A stretch of DNA of 64,000 nt from Azolla caroliniana (taxonomy: Eukaryota > Plantae > Polypodiophyta), in NCBI GenBank assembly GCA_043228905.1, contig JBHGNT010000016.1, positions 18,476,001-18,540,000 of the forward strand. The letters run 5' to 3'. The translations under genes and the position numbers were made by a program. Of the stretch, positions 47,471-58,860 are shown one piece after another. Within the stretch, counting starts at the first letter, position 1. Each line of letters begins with the position of its first letter. Below the pieces are notes generated by a model. It did no database searches and was not told the origin of the DNA. It worked only from the letters and a program-made list of their open reading frames with translations.

Positions 47471-50400
47471 CCCTTATGTTCTCTTTTGGACTCTTCCGCA
47501 GATCTGCCCTCGGCTTCTTCAGCCGATCCGAAATCGAATTCGTCATCCGACTCGGCGTCGTGGTCTTCTGTCCCCCCTCCGTGGTCATTCGGAACATCTC
47601 TCCCCCTCAAGTTCGGCACGTCGAGGTGACGCAACCCAAGCGCACCCGAGAATTTCCGCAACTTGTCCAAACACGTTGTGTGCACTGAAGGTGTTCCTCG
47701 GTAGGTCGCGCCATGAACTGACTTATCACCCCGACCGGATAACTGAGATCGAGTCGGGTGATTGTCAAGTAGATAAGGCTTCCGACAATTTGTCGGAACC
47801 TCGTCGGGTCGCATACCTTTCCAGAATTGGGGCGAAACTTGACGGTTTGATCCGAGGAGTCAAGACGGATTTACAGTCAGCCATCCCGAATTTGAAGAGC
47901 ATATTCAGCGCATAATGATGTTGGCTGATCAGTATGCCTTCGGGGGTGCGGATCACTTCGATCCCGAGGAAGTAATGAAGGTCTCCCAGATCCTTCATGT
48001 CGAATGATGCCACAAGCTGGAGCTTCACGCGGTTGATTTCACCTAGGTCAGTGCCGGTGATGACCAAGTCATCAACATATAGCAAAATACTGACCGGACC
48101 AAGTCGACCTTTCCGAATGAATGGGGAAGAGTCCGATTTTGACGTTGTGAAGCCCATCCGACACAGTTACTGCGTGATCTTCGTGTTCTAGGCACGCGGG
48201 GCTTGCTTTAGTCCATAAAGGTACGTCTTTAATCGGCACACCACCGAGGTGTTTGTTCCGGAGTGAAATCTGGGGGTTTGTACCATGTACACCTGTTCCT
48301 CAAGCTCACCTTGCAGGAACGCATTCTTTACATCCATCTGATGTAAGTGCCACCCCTTTGCCACAGCTACCGCGAGCAAAACACAGACGGTCGTCATCTT
48401 TGCGACCGACGCAAACATCTCATCGTAGTCGATGCCGTGTTTTTGCGCGTAGCCTTTTGCCACTAACCGGGCCTTGTATCGGTTGACCAAGCTGTCGGTG
48501 TTGTACTTGACCTTGTACACCCACCTACATTTGATCGGCTTCACCCAGGTCCCAGGTCTCGTTTTCCGCCAATGCGTGCATCTCTTCCTCCATCGCGGCG
48601 TGCCAATTCGCATCCTTAGCCGCTTCTGCGTAGCTCTCCGGCTCACGCACTTCCGCTACACGGGTCATGTATGCATAATGATGCGCCATGTACTCGTTGT
48701 ATCCGAAACGCACAACTGAGTTCTTCTGGCGGGTAGATCGGCGTAATCGGTCATTAGCCGATGTCAAGGTCTTCTCGGCCGACACGGACTTCACTCTTGA
48801 AGAGCCGTCACCACCGCCCTCAGAGTCGGACTCGCGTCGACCCAACTCGTTCCTATCTGTGTCATAATCTGACACCTTCTTCTTCCCTTTTTCTTTGCGT
48901 GTAAGCCGTCTCCACGACTTCCTACGCGGGGAATGCACAACCGAGTCTCCACTACTCGCTGGTTCTTCATCGGACTGGTCGAACCGACTCAGTCGTCCAT
49001 TCAGTCCGCTTAACCGAAACGAAATCGGACTCTCTTCGTGGGTCCCAATTTCAAGCTCATGCGGAAGCATCTCGGCCTCGCTGACCTCATCGTCAGAACT
49101 TGGATTGGAGGTGAGGTCCGGAGTTAGAGGCAAGTACCAGGACGCGGACTCGTCAAACACAACGTCGCGGCTCACGCGGACTTGTTTGGTGCGTGGGTTA
49201 TAACACTTATAACCTTTCTGCTCGTCCGAGTAACCAACCAAGATACATTTTTCGGCCTTTGCATCTAGCTTTCTCCGTTTCTCCTTCGGCACATGCACAT
49301 ATGCAATGCTACTGAAAACTCGTAAGTGTCGCAAGTTCGGCTTCGTTCCGAAATATAGCTCATGCGCCGACACTTTGTCTCTGATCCGGTTCTGGATGGA
49401 TACCGCGGTTCATACCGCCTCGGCCCAATAGAACTTGGGCATGCTCTTTTCTTCCAACATTGCCCGCGCCGCTTCCACAACCGACCGATTTTTCCTCTCA
49501 GCCACGCCGTTTTGCTCCGGCGTGTATCTACAACTGAATTCATGCCGAATTCCCATTTGTTGTAGATAACCGTTGAATTGGCCGGAAAAGTATTCTTTTC
49601 CGCCATCTGACCGCAAGCACTTGATCTTTCTTCCAGTTTCCGTTTCCACGAACCCTTTGAGGTCCCGGAAACAATCGAAGACTTCGCTCTTCCTCTCAAT
49701 GAGGTAGATCCACGTGTGCTGCGTGTAGTCATCAATGAAGGAGACGAAATATCGGCTCCCGCCAAGACTAACGTTTTGTGTCGGCCCCCACACATCGGAG
49801 TGTATCAAGTCGAGCTTGTTCCGGCTCCGGTTACGCTCATTGGGGAAGGGAAGTCGGAGTTGCTTCCCAAGCTGGCAGGCTTCACAAATTTGTGCCTTCC
49901 GGCCACTAAATTTGGGCAATCCGAACACCACTTGTTTCGATTGCAGGTCCTGAAGCCGTTGATAGTTGACGAGGCCTATCCGCTTGTGCCATAAGTCGAT
50001 GTCCGACTCGACTTTTTGTCCTTTCGCAAACATTGCGGTGCCACCGTCAGTAGAGTCGAGGATCAACATCCTCCCATCTCTGCGCCCTTGCGCAATAACA
50101 CGGCCTTCTTCCTCAATGAAGCACCCGAGGTGTGTAAACCGTTCCTCCATCCCTTGGTCGACGATTTGTCCGACCGACACCAAGTTCTTCGTGATTGTTG
50201 GAACGTGTAGCATGTTCATGAGTTTCCCTTTCTGCCCGACATGGCTTAGGGGAACTTCTCTGACATTCGCGATCGGATGCGGAGTGTCGTCTCCGGTTGC
50301 GACTACTCTCGGTTGCATCGGTTTTTCTAGGTACGAGAACCACTCCTTATGGCTCGTCATGTGATTTGACGCGCCGGAGTCGACGTACCACACCTCGTCC

Positions 50401-51397
50401 AATTTCGGGGTAGTCTACTTCATTGAGTTTGCTTCATGTTTCATAACAAAGACTGACCCTTTTACGGCTTCTCCGGATCCTTCGGCGTAGTGCGATCGTT
50501 GCTGATTTCCTTTGTCGGTCTGTCCGGAACCTATTCTGGACCCAGTTCTCTCCGAATCATCATGCTTTTTCCATCACTCGCTCTCCCTGTGGCCTTTCTT
50601 GCCACAGTACCAGCATTCGCAGATTTCCCTTGCCGGTTCTCGTCGCCTCGACTCCCCCTGTTTCCGGAGGGTCCGGAATTGCTATCAGCATCACTTCGGT
50701 GCCTTCTTCCTTGATCCCGTCGGCCGCCTCCATTGTGTGCCGACTCGCCTGGTCCACCACGACCACGAGGCCTATCTCCCTCCGTGTTCAGCATCTTGAT
50801 GTCGGCATGCGTGCTTGTCAACGCATCCACGTGGTTCTCCTCTACTAGGAGCATCGACTGTAAGTCGAAAAAGGACGGAGTATTCTCCCAGGTACACACA
50901 GCAGTTTGGAACGCCCCGAACTTCGACGCCAAACCCCCGAGACAGACCTGGACCATCTCGCTTTCCTCGATGTTCACATCGATGGAAGCTAAGGAGTCGC
51001 ATATGTCCTTAATCCTCGAGGTATAGTCAGCCACCAACAAAGCGCGTTGTCGTAGGTTGCTCAACTCCTGTCGGAGCTGAAGCTTCCTAGGTGTGGTGCT
51101 GGCGGCGAAAATCTTCTTCTGATTTTCCCACGTACCCTTCGGTGTTTTTGCATCCCGAACGTAGCTTAATAGTTGTTCACCCACACAAGACGCGAAACAG
51201 TACAGCACTCTGCTCGCCGATTGTTCCCACGCCGGGAAATCTTTGTGTGTCGAATCGGGTGCTGTGTCATTTGCTCCATCGACATAGCTCCAGTAACCAT
51301 GTCCAAGCAGGTACTGGTGCATCTTGTAAGACCAAGACACGTAGTTGTTTCTATTGAGCTTCTCTGTCGGAAGCGAGCTAGCCATTCCTCTGTCCAT
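47471..51397 (-). pseudogene. gag-pol of Copia H (frameshifted, RNase H core missing)
   Basis: Gag KLNRNNYVSW, protease WYVDSGASNHM, integrase HSDVWGP and RSDGGKEY, RT QMDVKNAFL and LYVDDLVI. After EEHLQCTQRV the sequence jumps to the terminal LDKLRKFSGALGL. Confidence 0.9.
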
Positions 51398-54300
51398 CGG
51401 TTTTCTTGTTCTTCTTCGTTGGTTTTTCCTTCAAGCAAAATCGACTGCAGAGGTTCTCAACCCTCCGCTCTGATACCATGTAAAAGATTATGTGCGGAAG
51501 CAATATAGGAAACCGAACAACAGAAAATGCAGGTTTAATGGAAAGCTTAGGTTTTCACAGTACGCACGGGAGAGGCAGAGAGTAAAAACAAGAGAGATCA
51601 ATTCAAAAAACTAACACTCTGTACATACATCGTGCTCAGTCAACACCTTTTATACAAGCCCTGACAATGGGCTGACACAAGTACTGATAGTACTTGACTG
51701 CTCATAAATGAGCCTCGACTCTTACTCCCAAAACTATTCCTTACGAGGAATATCTTTCTAACGGCCTTTCGTAGACCCGATACGGCCTTCCTACGCACCA
51801 GTTTGCGTACCGGTTTACGCATCCGTTTTACGCACTGGTCCAGCTTAACCGATCGGTCCCAACGGATCCGGTCCTCAGCTTGCTCAGCCGATCCGGCCGA
51901 TGTTGAGCTTGTCTCTCAACACGATCATTATCAATGAATACGAGGGAAACAAAATCTATTGGGGAATCATCACCGGCGAAGGAGTCCGCGCGGCGCTCGA
52001 ATCCTTCCAAACCGGTCAGCATTTGTTGCCTGTGATCAATCACTTCCTCACAGTCCTCTACCCACCTCCTTCGGTTTCCCCTCATCGCATCCTGACCTCT
52101 CCACCACCACCAAGGAAACAACGGGAGAAGATTTTGGCGATAACCCAGGAAGAATGGGAAGACCCCTCGCCTTCTCCACCTACCTCAAGCACTCGGAACC
52201 CCACTTCGCCTCGGCACCACCCCCACCAAAAACACTGAAACAACGGGCGGTCACAGCGACTGTCAAATGGGACGAGGCCAAGGAGCCCATCCCCGAGGAT
52301 GTCACCATACGCCAAAAACCACGAAGGACATCAATGACCTCTCCACAACCGAGCCCACGTCCCACAAGCCAGCAGCCCTTGGCCATCCAACAGCAAAAGA
52401 GGAAACATGCCGAGGAGCCAACACCACCGGCCCCGGACGCACAGGATCAGCCGCCAAAAAGACGTTGCATCATTCGAGAGGCAACCACAGAAACCGAGGG
52501 TGACCATCATAAGAAATAAAAAGAGGACAGCCCAACCTCCATGGCCATGGTACCAACGGAGTCATGGCTCCAAGTCGGTAGGATCGAGCATGGACAAACC
52601 ACGCAGATATCAGAGGAGGAAGTCATCGGTTACAAAGATCTCCCCACGGAGGCATACGAGTTCAGTGCACTACTTCGACTAGGCACAACATATGAGTTAA
52701 TGGATTTCCTCACGCACGCCCAAGTAGTTGTTGCCGCTTGTATGGCCGAGGAGCACGCCGAAACAAAGATGATTCAACGCGCTCTAATGGGTGAAATCGA
52801 ACCTCACGAGGATCGAGCCTTACAAAAGATACGACGGAAGAAGCAAGCACAGAATGCTTCGCTCCTCATGGAACTACCAGATCTGAACATGGCCTTAGTC
52901 AAGGCATATCGCAATCTACTCCACACTACGCGGGCAGCCAAGGACATGGCCCAACGTATCAAAACGGTGCATCAGCAAGCCAAACGGGCTACCGAGCTAT
53001 GGCAAGCCGCCGAGGAGAAACTGGCGACATTCAAGCAACAACATCCAGAACAGCCGCCCTTAAGCCTCCCTGCGCCGAGTGACATTGTCTCACCAGCCAC
53101 TCTTCTGAACCCGAGCCCGAGTGCTGAAGGTACCGACGCCCACAAAAACGACACCGCCCACCCCAAGGTAGCCACGGTCAATGATAGCACAATGACAGAC
53201 TCGGTACAGACAAGTGAGCCATCGTCACGGGCAGATATTAGCCTGCACCCCCAAACCAACCAAGCCTCCACGCAAACACCACCACCCTCGGTCGTCATGG
53301 AACGATCTACACAGACAGACAGGGAACCCTCTCCCCGAATCCAGCAAGCGGCAACCCAGACAGGGCCCCCCTTCGGGACTACCAGGAGGAACTAAAGGCA
53401 CAGATCGCTCTGGCCGAGTTGGCAGAACAGAACCAACACAACATTCTTGGCCAGCTACGGGAACAAGCCGCGAGCCGCAAAGCTGACCTCAAGTGACTGC
53501 TTGCTGAAAGGTCGGCCACACTTGAAGAACGAGAAAGAGAGGTGATGACTCTTCAGGTCTCTATCAATGAGGCCAAAGAATGTTTCATCCAAGAAGCAGA
53601 GCGGAATAGCCAACGGGAACAATAGCTATTTGCGGACAACCAGGAATTACGACGTCATCAAAAGGCCTTACAAGACATGGCCAACGAACATATGCAAAAA
53701 TGGAGGATCTCGGAAGAGCAAAGGGCAAAAATTTCCGATGTGTATCACCAGTTGCAAACCAAGCACATCGCTGTCAGAGAACAACATTGGGACGCTTGGC
53801 GACAGGACGTGGACGAAATTGTAGCTCAGCTCACTACACGCTATGAGCAGACAATCGCACTCATCACCAAAAAAGCAAAAGATAATCAAGCTACTTTAGC
53901 ACTCCTCGTCCGCAAAAGCCAAGCAGATGCTAAGACCGCAAGGGAGGCAATGGAAGTTCACCGTGCTAGCATCGGCATGGACGATACTAAAATCAAGATC
54001 CTAATCAACAAGTATCACCAGCAATTCACCACAAAGATCAAAGACACACTTGACCGTGTCTGGAAGGGGTGGTCAGCCCAAGCCGCAAACCTACACATAC
54101 TACGCGCGAACGCCGAGAACCAACGGAAGGAGGGCCGAGGGTTTTACAAGATGGATGACACTAGCATCCAGACCCTCCATGAAGACTTAACTGAGGAATA
54201 TCATACCTTAGCAGCTTCCCACACCGCGGCCATCGAGCAACTTTTAGAAGAATTCAACGACGATCTTATGATGTTTTGCTTAGAAGCCAAAGCTTACGAG

Positions 54301-54729
54301 GATGAACAACTAACCACCGGGATTAACAGAGCTCCCACAAACAACGAGCAAGGACCCGAGCCACCCACCACGGCAGCTAGACTGGAGGAACCTGCCCCGA
54401 CAAACCTCCACATCCCACCGGAGCCACAGACTATAAACCCGACCCTACCTGAACCGGTCCCAACAGAGGAGGCCGCACACATCGGCATAGCCATCCCCGA
54501 CTCGGCAACACAACCTCCATCACCAACCCCACCTTCCGAGCAGCCAGACCAACCCCACACCCCCGAGGATATCCTCGGCATATTGGAAGAGGAATAAAAC
54601 CAACCTATAAGCCCTCATAGGAACGAGCAATTTTTGTAATTTGTGTTGTTTTGCCAAATCCATGGTTACTCCTCCACATTGTGAACCGTGAGTCCGACGG
54701 ACAAAGTCCTGTCCCACAGGCGTGCCAGG

Positions 54730-55220
54730 TGTTCTCCATAGGCCAGAAATATAAATATATTATGTAAACTCGCCGTTAGGTAGAAGAGTAGGTGAGGAAA
54801 TAGGTAAGACTAGAAATAGCCATGTTTTAGCCCTCACAATCAGCCGATGGCTCGGCTCTGTCTGAAGGGAAAAACAATATAACCCAAGTTATGCATACCT
54901 CAAGGGGGGATCAGCTAGATCATTCTTAGCGAGAGTAATATCCCAGCAGTAAGTTCTGTACGAACTGTTTCCAGCTAAGGCTGAGTACTGTAATCACTGT
55001 GAGCTTCATCATTTAATATAAGTTTCATTTTTATTCTTCTATCTATGTATTCTCCCCGTACTCGTAAATCAAGCTTCGTTTATGCCTGACGGGTTGTAGC
55101 CGTGTACGCTCTTCGTTCTCCTTTCTTCTCCCCGTGTAGAAGAGACTTCCACGTAACACGATCCCTTGACACCGATAGCTTGTGGGCTCATCGAAGGTGT
55201 TTTCCTAGAAGCGGTTAACA
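54730..55220 (+). repeat. 3' LTR of element C
   Basis: TGTTCTCCATAGGCC...GCGGTTAACA, followed by TSD CCGTC. Confidence 0.92.
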
Positions 55221-56196
55221 CCGTCCAGTCTAACCAACGCGCCCCCAGTCTTCCAGCACATGGAAAATGATATATTCAGAGATCTCTTGGATATCTGTTT
55301 GATCATCTACCTGGATGATCTATTGTTTTATTCGAAGACCCAGGAAGAGCATGATTCTCATGTACTATTAGTACTAAAACGACTCTGAGAGCATGGTCTT
55401 TATGCCAAACTAAAAAAATGTTGTTTTGATTGCAAGCAAGTGGAATTTCTAGGCTACGTCATCTCCTCAAAAGGCATCTCCATGGATCCAGCTAAAGTCC
55501 AAACTGTGCTAGAGTGGCAAACTCCATGTTCGTTGCGAGATGTGCAATGTTTTCTAGGCTTTGCTAACTTCTACCGTAAGTTTATACAAGATTACTCGAA
55601 GATTATTTTACCTCTCACACAGCTTACCAAGAAGGGACAATCATTTCTTTGGTCCAATGAAGCGGACATGGCTTTTATGCATCTTAAGAAAGCCTTTACA
55701 TCAGCACCTATTCTAGCTAATGTTGATACAAAAAAAACAATTCATCATGGAGGCCAACGCATCAGATTTCGCCCTCGGTAGCATCCTTTCACAACAAGGA
55801 GATAAAGAAAAGTTATATCATGTGGCTTTCCACTCACGCAAATTTGATGCCACAGAAATTAACTACGAGATACATGACAAGGAATTATTAGCCATCGTGG
55901 ATTAATTAGTGCAATGGCGGCACTTCTTAGAGGGCTCTCCTCATCAAGTCATCGTCTTCAATGATCACAAAAATCTTGCTTACTTCCAGAATGCTCGTGT
56001 ACGAAATCGGCGGCAAGCTCGGTGAGCCTGATTCCTCACGTGTTTTGACTTCAAAATCAAATATCGGCCAAGGAAGCAGCAAGGAAAAGCAAATGCACTA
56101 TCGCGACGTTCATATCTTGCACCTCGTCCGGGTGATCCAGCATTTGATAATCAAAAGCAGGTAATCTTGGGACCAACACATTTGCACACAACACGG

Positions 56197-56762
56197 TGTC
56201 GTGAAGAATTTCGGCCAGAGGCGGAAACCGAGAAACATTGGCTACATCGGCAGGGTGCAGCGTGTGTACGCACCCATGTACATTTAGTGTGAATATCGAG
56301 GGCGCCTTTATGGCGCCGAAGAGTAGTCAAGTCGGGGCAGACGATCCCATGGAAGGCGGGATTTGTCCCACATTGTAACGCATCCCTTTCCTTGTTCTAT
56401 AAAAGGAAGGGAACGCCCTTTGTGAAAGGGTTGCCCATTTTGCATTAGAGGGTATACCGTTAGGTTTAGAGTTAGGTTCTTCTTCTCTCTCCTTCGTGTT
56501 TGCTTAGGGTTTGCTTTGGTTAGGCCTCTTGTGCAAGACCCCGTTCGGCGCGACGAACTGAGAGCTCCCCGACGGCGGCTTGGCAGCAGACGACTACTGT
56601 AACCTACCTCAGCCCGGCTCGAAGCCGGGAATGTATTCTTCATATATATATACATACATACATATACGTTTATGTTTGTCTGTGTATATTCGCGTCGTTG
56701 TTGGCGTCGGGTGCTTACCCTCTCCTGCGTTTTCTGTACATAAGGCGTGAGTCGGGTTGAGT

Positions 56763-56802
<40 letters not shown>

Positions 56803-56815
56803 AGTCGGTGTTAAG

Positions 56816-56850
<35 letters not shown>

Positions 56851-57366
56851 CCTTTGGTTGCTTCCGGTGTGTTTCTAGGATGCCCCAGAAACAATGAAGC
56901 ATGACTCCCTACGCTCCATCACTCTCTCGTCCAAGACCCCCGTGGTCCCGCCTTTCTCCACGCACGCGCGTAACAACACGATAGCGCTCTATCTTGAGCT
57001 GTTTTTATATTATCTCATGCAATATGCAACATATCTTGCATATCCCAAAGAAAGTTTTGTGTACTTCGCAACTCATCATGATGTATATTAACATCAATCG
57101 GGGCTCGTGGCTGAAAACCATACATCAACATAAAAGGACTATATCCCGTCAACTTGGAGCTGTTATAAGCAAACTCCAAAATTGGGAGATAACGTTCCCA
57201 TTTTGTTGGGTTTGCACCAACGTATGCTCGAAGCATGTCCTCAATAATTTGATTTACTTGTTCTGTCTGTCCATCGGATTGAGGATGATCCGTGGAGCTC
57301 CTGCTCAACGTAGTTTCTAACTTCTTAAAGACTTGCGTCCAGAAGTCACTAGTAAACTTTGGGTCT
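56197..57366. mobile_element. F-type LTR (56197-56983) plus a D-type integrase fragment (56984-57366); inverted paralog of 22428-23593
   Basis: The LTR is followed by GCGCTCTATCTTGAGCTG, the reverse complement of D's flank at the F junction. The left flank (ACGG) does not match the right flank (GCGC). Confidence 0.88.
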
Positions 57367-57665
57367 TTTTGCTTGCTTCCCATGCAATTCTAGGATTTCA
57401 ATATGAGGGACTTTTTTGAACCTTAAGCATGTATTCAACACCCTCTTCCTCCATGTAAACTAGGAGGAGGATGTATGGTGTTTGTTTTTAACTTGTCGAA
57501 ACTTTGTAAGAAAATGTTTTTGGACATTTTCAAGTGCTTTCCAAGAAGGTTTAGGGATGCCACCACGCCATACTTCCACCCCATAGAGAAGCATTGGTGT
57601 CACCAAAGTGTCGAAAAGGTATTTCTTTAAGACCCAACACTTAATATCTCCATGATTATGTGATT
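57367..57665 (-). pseudogene. LINE RT C-terminal fragment, same clade as J
   Basis: KYLFDTLVTPMLLYGVEVW aligns with J's GWLFDSLVTPSLMYASVVW. Confidence 0.7.
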
Positions 57666-58353
57666 GTTGTGGTTCTTCCATTGAATCCGTTTACCATGTT
57701 TTATGGATATGTCCTATTGCTAAAGCAGTTTGGAAAATATGTTGAGAATGCTTTATCCTATTTATGGTAAGCAGGTGTACACATGGGGTTTTGTGAGATG
57801 GGGAAGATTGGCTAAAGAAATTCAGAACTATGAAAATGAGTACGTTGATTTTCTTCTCCTCTCTAATGGAAGCCATGTATTGGAGGTCTCTTATACTACA
57901 ACAATCTGTTGTTTGGAAGAAGTCTGGTCTACGATATCTTCTTTAGTAGTTTGGGTATTGTGGAAGGCTAGATCTAAATGTGTATATCATAAAGTTAAAC
58001 AAAATGTGGTTGAGTTAGTCAAAGAGATATGGTTAATGCTCGTATATACTTTAAGAGGTCAATATGAAGCAATAACTGGTGAGCCTGAGGTTGTGATTTG
58101 TAAACAACAACAATTTCGAGATATTTGGAAAAAGGCAGAGGTCTTCACCTCTTTTGGAGAGAGAATAAAGTGGAGACATGCTCCACCAAGATGACTTTTT
58201 CCACCCCCTATCTTGGAACAACCCTACATGAGGGCTTTTGATACCTAACATGCTAGTTGATGTGGATATGAGGGTTGTAATATATTGTATGAATTCGTTG
58301 TAGCTTTTCAGCATCTTTCCATTAATACCAAGGTGAATCTTCATTTAAAAAAA
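57660..58353 (+). pseudogene. 5'-truncated L1-like LINE 3' end
   Basis: zf-RVT-like CCGSSIESVYHVLWICPIAKAVW and VWVLWKARSKCVY, with an A-rich end at about 58347. Confidence 0.65.
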
Positions 58354-58698
58354 CATATCTTTATGATTACATGTGTTCTCAAATGCCTATAATATGTTCT
58401 CTTTCCCACCTCTGATCTTTTCAAAACCAAGATGTAGTGCTAGTAGTATTAAAGAAGAGAGAGAGAGAGAGAGAGAGAAAGACATGGAGACTGATATTGC
58501 AATGGGTTATAAAAATAATATTTATAGCCCTTTATACCATCCCCATTGTGAAAGATGCATAGATATAATCATAGAATGAACCATTCGTATCATACGTGCA
58601 TTCGCATTCGCGAATGATTCAATAATACGTGTATGGTAAATCATCTTAACGTTGGATTGGATACATAAGAATGGTATTGATTGAATCACATGTAATAG

Positions 58699-58860
58699 GT
58701 TTCAATACTTTAGAAATTATTAAAGTACCAAACATTAGAAAGAGAGAGAAAGAGGGAGACAGAGCAAGAGAGTGGCAGGTAGTTTCAATACTTTAGAAAT
58801 GCTTAAAATACTAAACATTAGAAAGAGAGAGAAAGAGGGGGACAAAGCAAGAGAGTGGCA
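58699..58860 (+). repeat. Tandem duplication of about 80 bp
   Basis: GTTTCAATACTTTAGAAAT...CAAGAGAGTGGCA occurs twice. Confidence 0.8.

Larger units (their letters stand above)
35232..51921 (-). mobile_element. Element H: Ty1/Copia on the minus strand; hosts I
   Basis: LTRs at 51921-51479 (5') and 35632-35232 (3'), perfect TSD CGATC, iMet PBS complement GCTCTGATACCA at 51467-51478, PPT complement CTCCCCCTCAAG at 35633. Confidence 0.95.
34560..54597 (+). pseudogene. Extra 3' ORF of element C (about 34560-35231, resuming 51927-54597), split by H
   Basis: Reads ..TSMPQNKATI|IINEYEGNKIYWGII.. across the CGATC TSD. Followed by a Pro/Thr-rich stretch, a coiled-coil-like region (53400-54300) and a Pro/Glu tail, ending about 130 bp before the 3' LTR. 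The start is approximate. Confidence 0.7.

Noticed and set aside
52541-54597. Captured host gene or true envelope gene
   Set aside because: It lies between C's integrase and 3' LTR, with no introns and no signal peptide or transmembrane helix seen. Treated as an element accessory ORF.
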